A stretch of 64,000 nt of DNA from Camelus dromedarius. Lineage: Eukaryota. Shown here piece after piece: positions 26,398 through 38,763 of this stretch. The first letter of the stretch is position 1. Each line of letters starts with the position of its first letter. Under the pieces are notes generated by a model, which searched no databases, had not been told where the DNA came from, and saw nothing but the letters and a program-made list of their open reading frames with translations. The stretch spans positions 22,756,001-22,820,000 of the forward strand of contig NC_087437.1 in NCBI RefSeq assembly GCF_036321535.1, given 5' to 3'. A program made the position numbers and the translations under genes.

Positions 26398-29079
26398 AAT
26401 CCTCAGTGAAAAGCAATTTTTCTAGTTATTCTTTTCCACTGTAAGCAAGCAGCAGAGTCTTACAAGTTGAACAGAGTTAAGAATGTGAGTCTAAATGCTT
26501 TGATATAAAAAGGGAATATTGATTATTCCTACATGAGGAAAACATAACGTGAAATCTAGATATGTGAACAAAATGAAAGGTAACAACTAAGACTTGTTAT
26601 CATTAGCCTTATGACTCCAACAGAGAAATTAAACTGCAAGTATATTCCTGTAAAGGTAGCACAGCATTCCCTTTGTGCAATGAGAGCATTCATATTAGAA
26701 AGAAGAGGGTCTTCTGGGTAAAATTCTGATACTCTCACTGACCTTCTATGAAATCCCTTTCTGAGTTCTTTTTCCCACTCTCACTTGAGACACACAAGTG
26801 AACTGTAGCTAAAATGTCAGCTTTTGATGTTTAAGATTTTACTTTCAGTAGCATGGAGTTCAACAAGGGTCCTTTGAAACCCAAGAGCCTTCCAAATGCT
26901 GAATAGCAGAACTTAGATATTAATAGCTCTTGAGTGTGTGTTTGCAGAATGGGAAAGGCGGGACCATTGACTAAGACACAAAGGGGTGCTTCCAGGTAGG
27001 GATGGCCAGGCTAGCATGGACCTTCAGGGTTGAAGATAAAATAAGGAGCAGGGTAATGTCCTTTCTGTGTAATTCAGGTGGTTTTTTTTTTTTTTCCTTC
27101 TTTAGCTCTTCATTATAAAGCCAAATCCAGAAAAGCAACAAACTGGTAATACCTGAAGTTAAGAAGACTTTTTTGAACTTTTTTTCCTAGCAAGATTTTT
27201 TTTTTTTCCTCCTAATAACCTGGCTTTTCAATGGTTTTATCAAATATCTCACAGCTGGGTTTTCACACATTAAGATCTAAAGCTTGAAGATCAGACAAGG
27301 AGGAAAAAAGACAAAGCTGAAGAAGATACATCTTGTCCAGAGGCTAGAGGAACAGAACTGGGAAGAAGTTCTCAGGAGGGCATGCCCTGGAAAATTGAAG
27401 ACAGTGGGACAAATTCCCTTCTTTCCCTATGACGACCCTGAGAAAACTACCACCCTATCATTACTGCCTCCAGTTCACCCTGGGCAAGGTAAGGCAGCGA
27501 TGGTGGGGGATTCTAGGTACAGACTTGTACCTAGGTATGAGAACAACCTCATAGGGCCCAACTTTTCCTGTGGAAAAGCAGTCAAGGGTTTCTGGAACCT
27601 TGCAGAAGGGGTCCCAAGGAGATCTGGGGTCAAATGAGAAGGCCACAGTGTGAGGGAACCTGACAACTGGGACAGTGGCAAGGTCCATGGTCATTCTGAC
27701 CTTGACAGTTACAGACTGTGGGCAAAGTACTTACTGACTCTGTTCTGCAGTCTCCTTATCTGTATCTATCTCACAGAGCTGGGATGAGAATTACACAAGC
27801 TAGTACACCTCAAGTTGTTAGAACAATGCCCCTGCATATGGTATGTGTTCAATAAAAACTAGTTGTTATAAGCATTAGTTGGAAACACTGCCCCAAACAC
27901 CAAATGAGACCACCCTCACTTCCATAGTTGATGGAACAGGACTCCAGTCACTAAGGAGCCAAGAGACACTCTGGCAGATGTGGCAAGTGGCCAAACAAAG
28001 TGAGATACTGTAACCAGGTCCAGCAAGGATGAAATGACATGTTTCTAGAACAAACTCATGAACCACATCCCCCAGATTTATATTAACCAGAGAAGAAAGA
28101 GACAGAATAGCAAAGACTAATTACCCAAAATATACTATTTTAAACTATATGAGATGGAGACAACTTCATCTGACAGATCAAATATGTCCTATCATAAGAG
28201 GCATAAGAGGGTGTAGATTAAAATGAGACCAGTTACAAAAAACAAAGTTCCTCTTTATGCACATCTGAGCCACAGGAGTGAACTGCAATCTTGTTACATG
28301 GTTCTCTGGCCTTGTTGTGTAGGAAATTAATTTAATTTTATGTACATTTGAATCACATTCATCAATTCACTGGCCCACACCTGCCTGTGGAAATGTTAAA
28401 GACCACCAGCACTCATTGATCAGTAGTTTCTCTATCACTACAATGATTTTAAAAATAAATTTTATATGCTTTTCTGATTCTAAACTTAATAAAATTTGAA
28501 ATTTAAACAAAGTATAAAAAAAATTTAAATCACTAGTTATCCCACCAACCAGAATTAACCATAGTTAACATTGTAATGATTTACTCCAATTTTTAATTTA
28601 TGCATACGAATTATTAATTATAATTATATGAAATCTAAAATTTTATATTTTGTTCTTTTACTTAGCAATCACACAGAAGTAAAAACTTGTCTGAAAATCA
28701 CTATAATTAATGCCTATATAATATTCCATCATGTGAGTAAACAAACATGTATTAAACTTCCCCCTATTTTTGGACATTTAGATTATTTCAAAATTTTTAT
28801 TATAATTAATAATGCTATAATAAACTCTTTTTACCTAAATCAACTGGTATGAATATTCTGGATTCCTAGAATTGAAACTACTAAATCCTAAAATGATATG
28901 AACTTCATGTACTTTACATTCTTATTTCCAAATTGTTTCCCCAAAATATTGTTTAAATGTATATGTCCTGAAGCAGTACAAGAGAGTGCCCTTAGCAACT
29001 AGCCAAAGATGAATAATACCCTTTTTTAAAAAAACTCTTCACATTTCATTGGTCTTTTTGCTTCTAGTCGTCCACTCAT

Positions 29080-29480
29080 TAATTCATTCACTCAACAAAA
29101 ATTTAGTGAGTGTGTGCTCTGTGGTAAGCACTGTTGAGTGATGGCAATAAACACAGTTTCCGCTCTCACAGAGGGCTAGGGTGTGAGTCAGGTCAGAAGT
29201 GTGGCCAGCACCAGACGGCATGAGGCCCTCTGCACCATGGCAGGTAAGGACTTTGGATCTCACTTTCAAATGTAAGGAAAGCCATAAAGAAAATTCAGAT
29301 AGAGCAATGATGTGTTCACATTTTAAAGGATCATTCTGACAATGGTGGTGAATAGAACATTGGGAGACAACAGAGGCATTCATTACCCTAAATCTCTATG
29401 CTTTCAGTCCAGGAAAATTGGTAAGAGTGATTTGGACAGGGGAGGGGCCAGGTACAGGTGGTGAGATGTGGACTCTAGAA
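29080..29480 (-). mobile_element. L2 LINE 3' fragment
   Basis: attcattcactcaacaaa tail; ggtaaggactttggatct; ttttaaaggatcattctg. Confidence 0.75.
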
Positions 29481-29679
29481 TATTATTTGTAAAAGTGGGT
29501 TTTTTCAAACATAGTTATGTTTATTAACCTCTTATTTGTTATTTTGTTGGAAACACATTCTTACTTGTCTATTAACTTTTAAATTTGTATACAATTTTTG
29601 ATGTACAGAAACAACAATTCCAAGTATCAAATCAGTTATTTTCATATTTCATAGTCCTCTCTTACCCTGAAATTTTCTT

Positions 29680-30098
29680 TTTTTTTTTAACATTTTTTAT
29701 TGATTTATAATCATTTTACAATGTTGTGTCAAATTCCAGTGTTCAGCACAATTTTTCAGTCATTCATGGACATATACATACTCATTGTCACATTTTTTTC
29801 TCTGTGAGTTATCGTAACATTTTGTGTATATTTCCCTGTGCTATACAGTGTAATCTTGTTTATCTATTCTACAATTTTGAAATCCCAGTCTATCCCTTCC
29901 CACCCTCCACCCCTCTGGTAACCACAAGTCTGTATTCTCTGTCTATGAGTCTATTTCTGTCCTGTATTTACGCTTTGTTTTTGTTTGTTTGTTTGTTTTT
30001 GTTTTTGTTTTTTAGATTCCACATATAAGCGATCTCATATGGTATTTTTCTTTCTCTTTCTGGCTTACTTCACTTAGAATGACATTCTAAATGTCATT
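29680..30098 (-). mobile_element. Young lineage-specific L1 3' end (probably camelid), with TSD ctgaaattttctt
   Basis: Poly-T head and L1 3'UTR nearly identical in layout to 51840-52258; TSD copies at 29667-29679 and 30099-30111. Confidence 0.9.
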
Positions 30099-30664
30099 CT
30101 GAAATTTTCTTTTTTTGTGGTTAATGGGTTTATGAAACTTGATATTAAAATTTTAATTCTTTTTGTCACAGTTTTCTTCTGAGGCCTAAAAACTCATGAC
30201 TGAAAAATGGGTGGCAGGTGCTCCCACATTCCAAAGTAGTGCCTAAACTCCAGTGCCTCAACAGCACTGCAAAGGAGTGATAATCACCAGTGTTGCGGCC
30301 CTTTTCCTACCATAGAAAAAGGCTTACAAGGATTGATAATGAAAAAGCCTGGGGGGGGGGGCGCTCTTTAGAGAGTTGTCAGTGCAGGTCCCACACTTAC
30401 TCTGAAGGGAGGACCTGGGGACTCTTCCCCTTCACTTCAATCCCAGTTTTGGGCTTTTAAGAGGCCACTCTGAGAGCCTGGTGTGTAGTTTCTTGGTACC
30501 TGGGGACACAAGGGACCAGAGTAAGATTCAAGCCACTTACCAGTGACCCCATGGCAGCACAAGACTGTGTTTGGGACATAACAGTGGATCAAAAGTGCTT
30601 ATTTTTCAGGGGCCAGATGTAGACAGGCATGGTGGCACAGAAGTGTTGTTTAAATGGGAATGTC

Positions 30665-30768
30665 TACAGTGACCAATCCTCCTGGTTGTCCACAACTGTC
30701 CTAGTTTTAGCACTAAAAGTCTCAAATCCTGGGAAACCCCTCAGTCCCAGGCAAACCAGGTCACCCTA
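30665..30768 (+). mobile_element. MER81 MITE
   Basis: gttttagcactaaaagtc...gggaaacccctcagtcccaggcaaacc...ggtcacccta. Confidence 0.85.
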
Positions 30769-31529
30769 TACATTGCCCAAGAAGTTATGAAAAAAGAGGG
30801 AAAACAGCATTTAGGAGAGGCTAAGGTGGGAGGCAAGAACCAGGATAGGAAAAACTCTGCCCCTCAGGGGATCTGCAGTGGAGGGATCCAGCAGGACTAG
30901 TGAGGGTAAGCCCCAGAAAACGACTGCACAATAAAGAGCCAGCTTTAAACACCTGCAGGCAGGAGGAGCCAATACCAGAGCACCTCTGCCTGTCAGAACT
31001 TTCTACTCCTTGCCACTCCTACTTTTATGACTGAATGTGACTGGAGGGACTTACTACCTAAAAATGGTTGAATAATTGATGGGACCTCCCTGACCAGGAC
31101 AGTACTCAAATACACAGGAAAAAGGGGTTGGTCTGGCAGCTTTGCCAGGACGATGGTGAGAAAGTGTGAAAGTGACTGACGTTGTCTCCCCTCTTTCAAT
31201 GTCACAGTCACAGTGAGTCACAGGAAGATGACAGTCTCACTGGATTCCGCCCCAGAAGCCAGTTTTGCAAGGATGCATTTTTCAAGTTCTAGTTCTTCTT
31301 TTCTGGGTGTGTATATTAAGCTCTGTTAGGGGCTATATTTGATTTTCTATTTCATATGAAATATGCTATTTCAGCTGTGGAGTTTTACTGCATGTAGTCA
31401 CATGTTTGGTCTTTAAGATACGCTTTAGAACAGTCTCACAAATTTTCATATTCAACCTATTAGGATTTTAACTGAGATTGTATTAAAATACATTAATCTA
31501 GGGAGACAACATTTTTTAAAGTGCAGTCT

Positions 31530-31760
31530 TTCCAGACTGTCTGGGTTTGAATGATGGCTTTGCCACTTGCAAGGTATATGGCCACCTACTAGCTATTAAG
31601 CTCTTAAGGCTCAGTTTCCTCATTTGTAAAATAAGGCTAATAATCATACCTACTTCAAAGAGTTGTGGTGAGAGTTAAAATGAGTTAATAAATGTAAAAT
31701 GCTTAGAAAAGTGTCTAAGATGTAGTAAATGTTGTTGTTTGTTTGCTGTTTTATTATAAC
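31530..31760 (+). mobile_element. MIR SINE
   Basis: ctgggtttgaat...ctcagtttcctcatttgtaaaat...gttgtggtgag. Confidence 0.8.
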
Positions 31761-31789
31761 TAATATTAGTATCCATAGACACAGTATGT

Positions 31790-32268
31790 ATGGTTGCTTC
31801 ATACAGGGTCCACTTGGCTAGGCTGGAACTATGCTTCACTTTCCTTCCCTATTTGGTTCTGATAGGGTTGGCCAAGAGAAGTGTATGAAATGAAGCAGCA
31901 TTGGGACCTACAGAGCCACCGGTTAATGCCTGATCTCCTTGAGCTCTCAGAATCAGCTTCATGTGCCAGCTTCACCATGGTGAAGGGTGCCAGTTTTCCT
32001 GAAGGCCACCCAGGTCACTGAGGTTGGTGGAGATGAGGGGGAAAAGTGCAACTGCCGGTCTTTCCCTGCTCTCCCTCACTTAAGACCATCTTTCTTTACC
32101 ATTTGCCGACTCTACTGACAAGAGGCCAGCACCAGATGCAGAAACAACTGCCACATGTTGACTTCTCAGCGGTTCACAGCTGTATGTAAGGTCCAGTCAC
32201 TGAATAAAGCCCCGACTCTCCATCACTCATAATGGTTCTGCTTCACTGACAGAAGCCTGACTGATAAA
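31790..32268 (+). mobile_element. ERVL-class LTR (LTR41/LTR52-like) within an old L1 fragment
   Basis: 3' end aataaa...catcactcataatggttctgcttc...cctgactgata. Confidence 0.6.
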
Positions 32269-33258
32269 ACGTCTCTCCATTTATTCAACTTTTTCTCTGT
32301 AACTTTCAGTAAAATATTGTGGTTTTCATCATGTCTGTTTTACACATTTCTTGATAGGCTCATTCTTAACTATTTTATGTCTTTTGTTGACACTGAGGAT
32401 GAGATCCTTCATTTTTCTTAGAAATTAATGAGTTTTGTATATTTTATATGGTATCTGGGCCCTGTAGCAAACTCTGAACAGTTCTAGAGCTTTTTCAGGT
32501 ACTCTTTGCACCACTTAGGAAAGGAGAAAGTACTGGAAGTACGAAAACAATGCCCTTCACTTTAGGCATGTCTCAGCCCGTTCCCTGATAACCCCTTTTT
32601 GTTCCTTTCCCGGTCCTCCTTCCTTTTCGCCATGGCAGGAAGTATTTCTCCCTTCCTGGTTCTTCAGCCTTTTTTTTTCAGTTGTTCTTTGGAAAATGGT
32701 GTTTATGAAACTCTCCCATAATATTCCACTGATGAGAAATAAAAAGAAAGCAACTACCATTGAGACTCCCAGTTTTACCCAGCCCTTGGAATGGGTTATC
32801 CAGTTCAGCCCACATTATAAAGCTCTTAGTGTTTCTTTTCAGCCAGTGATAATCAGATCAAATTGTAGACTTGAAATGTAAATGACTCCAAATCCGAATG
32901 AACTCACCCCTGGTGAAATTTCAGCCCCACAGAAAATTGGGTCTGCTTCACTCGGAAGATCCAGTACTAAGCCAAAAGAAGCCAAAAAGGCTGAAAAGGG
33001 GGACAAAGATTAAATAACCAAATCATAAACACTTAAGGAAAAGAATAATTTTCCTCAGTCCATGAGCCTATTAAAAATTCAGCTCTTAATGACCGGAACA
33101 CAACAGCACTGCTTACATGAATAGGGCTATTCTTCATCCACAGCTCTTCTTAGCTGAATCACTGGTGTTTAACACACAACACAAGTCATACTGTAAAATG
33201 TTGTAAGCAAAAAAAGAAAAAAAAAGAATGGTTTTGCTGAATGGAAATACTGTGCTTC

Positions 33259-33570
33259 TGAAAGGGAGCAGGACCCTGGGCACCACATCCACCACCCCTC
33301 CCCAGTCTTGTTTATGGAAAACCTGAACTCTCCCAGTCCTCCCTAAGTCTTAGAAGAGCAAGCTCGCAATTGATTAGGACAAGCCTACAGGCATCGGGGG
33401 ATGGTAATGACTCTGACCTCCTAGCTCAACGATTAACTGAGATTACTCCCCCATTTCCCTCTAAAACTTTCATGGCTGAACAGGATCTTTGGATGTGGTT
33501 TTTTGGGGGTGCAGGGGGATGCCGGGTCCATCAGATTCTAGGCATTCTGGTTAAAAGCAACTTTCCTTTT
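33259..33570 (+). mobile_element. MER34/MER39-group ERV1 LTR, 3'-truncated
   Basis: Start tgaaagggagcaggaccctgg resembles the start at 26091; ends aaagcaactttccttt. Confidence 0.55.
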
Positions 33571-34192
33571 TGTTACCAAGGCTGTTGCTGCCAGGATCAT
33601 ACCCCTGCCCCTCCCTCGAATAGAAACTAATTACCCTTATCCAAGTCTCAGGAGGCACTTGCAAGGAGAAGAAACAAAAATCATTTAGAATAGATGGAGT
33701 CCAAGATAGTGGAGGATTTGAACTTCAGTGGACCTTGAGCCTCATTATACACTCACTGTAAGGTATTATCATGCTAAATGACACACCCACCAGTGCCCTG
33801 ACAATTGACGATCTCCATGACAACAACTAGAAAAGTCCATGCAAGGGCTGAAAAGCCCATACAAGGACTGATTGGCTCCATCACACTCAGAAGGCGGACG
33901 CAAGGGCAGAAGCCTCCCATAAAAGTCCACATGGCCTGACCCGGGCCAGAGTTGTCCCTTCTGCCCATCTTGGCTGACGATGGCTCCTTGCTTGGGGGCT
34001 TCCTTTACCTGCTCGAGCACTTTTCTTCCCTTCTCCCTGCTTGAGGAGTTTCCTTACATTTCCCCTTCTGAGCAATAAAGCGGCTGTTCACATCATCCCT
34101 CTGCTTCTTCTGAGTGAATTCTTTCACAGATGGTGGCAAAGACCCACACTTTGGTGGGCCTCCTAATTTAGGGGTCCCTCTATCTGCTAACA
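33571..34192 (+). mobile_element. MER41-like ERV1 solo LTR
   Basis: TGTTA...TAACA termini; catgctaaatgacacacccaccagtgccctgaca...ccatgacaac MER41-type core; cataaaa at 33918; AATAAA at 34074. Confidence 0.75.
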
Positions 34193-34237
34193 TTTCTTTT
34201 AAATAGATAGAAGCAAAAACCCTTGTATTCACTGGGA

Positions 34238-34903
34238 CCATGGGCCAAATTAGGCCCATCCTCTTATTGTATAGGTTGCAGGGCAGAAATAGGTTTTTTT
34301 TTGTTTTTGTTTTTTTTGTATTTTTAAATTGTTGAGAAAGAAAAAAAAATCACATGAAGAATAATATTTTATAACATAAAAATTATATGAAATTCAAATT
34401 TCAATGTTATTAAAAGATAAGTTGATACATATAAAAAATTTTTAAAGTGTATTTTAGCGAAAATTGATTCAAATGAGGTATCGCCAAGCTAGAAGTGGTC
34501 AGGACAGCTCCACAGACAGGAGCTTGGGAGAGACTTTTACAGAGAAAAGATGGAAGCAAAGAGAGGAAATTTTTGATTGGCTACAGCTTAAAGCCTAGGT
34601 AACTGTGATTGGTTGTCCTTAGGTTTCAATTTTGTAAACTTATAGCATAATTTATAGAATCAGATTTTGGTTTGCTTATGTAGGCAGTCACAGCATTACA
34701 GCCACCTCAGCTTAATGGCCTCCTTGCTTAATTAATTTAATAGTGACAATAAATACAATTTTATTGGAACACAGCCACAATCATTTGTTTACACGTTGTC
34801 CATGGCTAGTTTCACATTACAACCAGAGTTGAGTCATTGCAACACAGTATGGCCTAAAATGCTTACTATTGGGTCATTTATAGAAAAAATTTGCTGACCC
34901 CTG
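34238..34903 (+). mobile_element. MER58B hAT-Charlie element, interrupted by an LTR
   Basis: aattatatgaaattcaaatttca | ttttattggaacacagccac ... tttgctgacccctg. Confidence 0.85.
34408..34742 (-). mobile_element. ERV1 solo LTR (MER93-like) nested in MER58B
   Basis: Reverse complement is colinear with 11171-11533 (GGAGGCCATTAAGCTGAGGTGGCT, CTGTAGCCAATCAAA, TTATCTTTTAA). Confidence 0.8.
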
Positions 34904-34949
34904 GGTAGACTAGTTTCAAAACCGTGGCACTAACCACCCTTCTGTCTCT

Positions 34950-35023
34950 TACCAAAAAATGTTTCCAGACATTGCAAATGTCCCCTGAGGGGCAAAAATC
35001 CTTCCTGGTTGAGAACGGTCACT
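34950..35023 (+). mobile_element. MER20 3' fragment
   Basis: ccagacattgcaaatgtcccctgaggggcaaaa...ctggttgagaac. Confidence 0.8.
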
Positions 35024-35039
35024 GGCAAAGCCCACTGAG

Positions 35040-35570
35040 GTCCCCAGGAAAAATAAGATGGAGTCGAGCTGATAAGATAGGATCTAATCTCTTCTTAGTG
35101 CTAAGTCTACTTTCATTTGCCTATAAGGGGCCATGTGCAGAGGCCTTGTACCTAACAAGTCTGATTAGAGTTCCCAGCCAGAAATGCTGGGCCCGACATC
35201 CCAACTTGGTGGACCACAGCAGAAGTGCTGCCCATGACACTCCAACTCAAGATGGTGATAACGTACTCTGTGCAGAGATGCTGCACCCAGTATTTTAGTC
35301 TGGAGCACCCTGAGCAACAGCACTGCTCCCAACCCACAAGAACTCCGCTCCTCTGTCCAAAGACAAGAATCCTATAAGGCAGCCTGCTAGAGGCCTGTTG
35401 GGGTGAGCCTGTACTCTAGAGTGGAAGCTTGCACCTCTCCATTCTTTGATCAAAGGATAAAGCTTTCCTTTGCTTCTGAATGGAGTTCGGTCTCATTCTG
35501 TTTGCTCAAATGACACCAGGCAGAAGAAACCTTGCTGAGCACCGACTCAGACTCAAGAGGGTCAGTAACA
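35040..35570 (+). mobile_element. Probable ERV1-class LTR, family unassigned
   Basis: cctataagg TATA-like, gataaagctttcctttg polyA-like region, ends gtaaca. Confidence 0.5.
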
Positions 35571-36604
35571 GAACCAGTGTTGTGAATGATGAAAACACCA
35601 TCCCAGTAATTTTCACAAGGCTGTAAGGATGATTCAGGTTGCTAAAGGATAAGAAGAAGGAAGGGAAGATGAGGGGATGAAAAGGAAAATGCTACTTTAC
35701 TTCTTGCTGAGTTTATTAAATACTATTTTTAATTTTAAAACTCCCCAAGTAAAAAATGTATACTAGTATTTAAAAATACAACTCACATGGATTCTAAGTA
35801 CGCAGGGATTGTAAAGTTACTTTTGATTCTCAAGACATCAGCCTTCCTCTTGGCAGCCTGATTAATGTAATATAGCACCTCTTACTTACAAAGACGTTTT
35901 ACATGTTAATTTTATGATAAAATTTCAATTGTATGCTGAGGATGCTACAAGTTTATTTTGCTACAGGCTGTGACCTTATTTCTTTAGTTTCCAAAAAGTT
36001 CTATGATGAAAGAGAATTTCCTCAGTCCCTTTAGTGAGGCTTAACCTTGTTGAACTTTTTCTGACTGTAGCCTCCCTGACTTTACCTTTGCTGTGAACTC
36101 AGAGGCCAGCTTCCCACCTGTCTCTAGGAGACCCAGACTGAGTTTAGCCTGGCATTTCTGGAAATTGTGTAGTGGGCTCAGAAGCAGCCTATTTCCCTAG
36201 GACCAAGCCTCCTGAGGGAGAACGCGTCCTGAGAGAAATAGGGGCCAGTCGTAGGGGGTTTAGCCCAGGAACACCTGAAGGGAGAGAAGACCCTTAACAC
36301 TGAGTCATCTGCCATGTACATTCATCTCTGGGCCCAGCTGCCATTTGAGTGGGACTCATGTCCCTGAAATAAACCTGGAAGAGCTACTGCCCTAAACCAT
36401 CATGACATTGGGCATTTGTCTTCCTAAATAACAAATTTGGACACCTGAAAAGTGTTAAATTTTCTATTTCAATTTTCAAAAAGCTAAAAATGTCACTCAT
36501 ACCAATATAGTGACATGTGTCAAATAATTTTTTAATTCAGTGACAAAAAAAAACTAACAAGACGAGAAAGAAGCTGGTTCAAAACGGAATATGAAAAACT
36601 AACA

Positions 36605-37215
36605 TAGTGAATCCTCAGTACTTGCAAATTCCATATTTGCAAATATATCTACTCACTAAAGTTTATATGTAATCTTGAAATCAATACTTGCATCACTTCA
36701 TAGTCATTTGCGGAGTGTCTCCTAACACATAAGTTCCCAGCTGAGGTCAAAGAAGTAAAAGCTCTTTCTTCTTGTTTCAGTTCTCATATTGTAAACAAAT
36801 GTCCTTTTTGAAGTCTATTGCCACATTTTTGTATTTTTGTTGGTGATTTTATTGTTCAAAATGAGTCCCACAAGTAGTGCTAGGATTCTGTCTATTGCTT
36901 TGAATTCAAGAAAGCTGTGATATGTCTCACAGAGAAACTATGTGTGTTAGACATGCCTCATTCAGGCATGAGTTATAGTGCTGTTGGCTGTGAGTTCAAT
37001 GTTAATTAGTTAACAGTATATATTAAATAAGATGCCTTTAAACAGAAACCCACATAAATCAAGGTTAAGTCTTGATTAATTGATTAAAATGTGACCAGAA
37101 GCTTGAAGGAACCTAACCCTATATTTCCTCTTGGGGCAGTGGTTTAGTATTCACTAATTCAGAGTTCACAGTGACTTTATAGAACATAACTACCACAAAC
37201 AATGAACACCAACTG
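36605..37215 (+). mobile_element. MER82 TcMar-Tigger element
   Basis: ttcccagctgaggtc, ttcttgtttcag, gaacataactacc...aactg followed by TA. Confidence 0.85.
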
Positions 37216-37472
37216 TATACATATTCAGAGAAGAAAAGAATGCTGGAATAAAATTACAAAGTTAGATTTTAAAAAAAATGGTCAATGACCATTTAGACAA
37301 TAAAACTTTTGTACTAGACAGAAATCATTGGCAGCTTATCAATCTTCTATAAGTTAACAACCAAATTTACATCTGAAGAACTACTGAATTGTAAATAGAC
37401 AGTCGAACAAAGTTATTGTCCCCTAGAGCACCAGATGACACTTAATCAGGCTTGGTAGATCATGCTCTAGTA

Positions 37473-37694
37473 CAGTGTTTCTCAATCTTGATACTATTGA
37501 CACTTTGAGCTGGATAACTTGGATAACTGTTGTAAGGGGGTTGTTCTGTGGGCTGTATGACGTGCTACAGAACCTCTGCCTCTACCCACAGGACACTAGT
37601 AGTACCTCCCCTCTCAATCATAACAATTAAAAGTGTTTCTAGATATTGCCAAATGACTCTGGGGGACAAAATTGCCCATGGCTGAGAATCACTA
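37473..37694 (+). mobile_element. MER20 hAT-Charlie MITE with 8-bp TSD
   Basis: TIRs cagtgtttctcaa / tgagaatcacta; TSD ctctagta / gtctagta. Confidence 0.9.
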
Positions 37695-38383
37695 GTCTAG
37701 TATGATTTTGAAAGAGCATACAATTATCATCTTGCCTTTTTTCTAAGTTTTAGATTTTTTTTCTTAATACATTCATAAAAAGACGGAGAAAGATGTACTT
37801 TTACCCCATAACACACAGGTTTGAAACCTTCAAAACATGTATCATAATTTGTAGTCATATATATATTTAATACTTCACTCAGTTATACTCTGTCTCACCT
37901 ATTGTGGTAAATGAAGCACAGTGCCAGGAACACAGAAGGCATTCAACAAACATTTCCAGTAGGAAGTCATGAAGTTTGAAGGCTCCAGGATTTCAGCCTG
38001 GGTGAAACAAGGGGTTTGGGGATGGAAAGGACAGGTACCTGAGGAAAGATAGCCCTAATGAAGCTGAATTATTGTTGTCATCTCCCATAAGGACTGGAGG
38101 ACTGCAATCTGCGAGAGATGAGACCCTGGATGATCAGGAAAGGAAGGGTCCAGTTGGAATTGTAACTCTATTTATAGATATGGGCTACTAAGATCTGGGG
38201 AATTAGGTGATACTGACATCAGCCAGTGATATCATCCCAAGGATGGCTCTAGGAAGGTTGTACGGCTTTTCAGGGATCAGAACCTGGAGATGGAATGGAT
38301 ACAACTCCTAGCTCTTCCACTGATTGGCTGAACCTCTTAGAGCTTTGATTTCTCCATCCTTAGAGTGGAGATAATAATAATAC

Positions 38384-38763
38384 TGCTGTGAACTGAATTG
38401 TGTCCTCCAAAATTCGTATGTTGAAACCCTAATGCTCAATGTGATTGTATTTAGAGATGAGGCCTTCGGGAGATAATTAGGTTCAGATAAGGTCATAAGG
38501 GTGGGACCATCATGATGGGATTAGTGCCCTTATAAGAAGAGACACCAGAGAAGTTGCTCTCTTTCCCCACCCAAATGCACCAAAGAAAGGCCATCTGAGG
38601 ACACAGGGAGAAGGTGGCAATTTACAATCCAAGAAGAGAGCTTTCAACAGACATGGCACTTTGATCTTGCACTTATAGCTTCCAGAACTGTAAAAAAATA
38701 AATTCTTGTTGTTTAAGCTACTCAGTCTATGGTATTTTGTTATAGCAGTATGAGTTAAAACCA
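38384..38763 (+). mobile_element. MLT1A/B MaLR solo LTR
   Basis: ctgaattgtgtcctccaaaattcgtatgttgaa...tgggattagtgcccttataagaagag...ctatggtattttgttatagcag. Confidence 0.88.

Noticed and set aside
27284..27637. 117-aa ORF containing a 9-bp hairpin (27513-27534)
   Set aside because: Non-ATG start, no recognisable domain; the hairpin length is compatible with chance.
34924..35298. 124-aa ORF
   Set aside because: Spans MER20 and LTR relics; non-ATG start.
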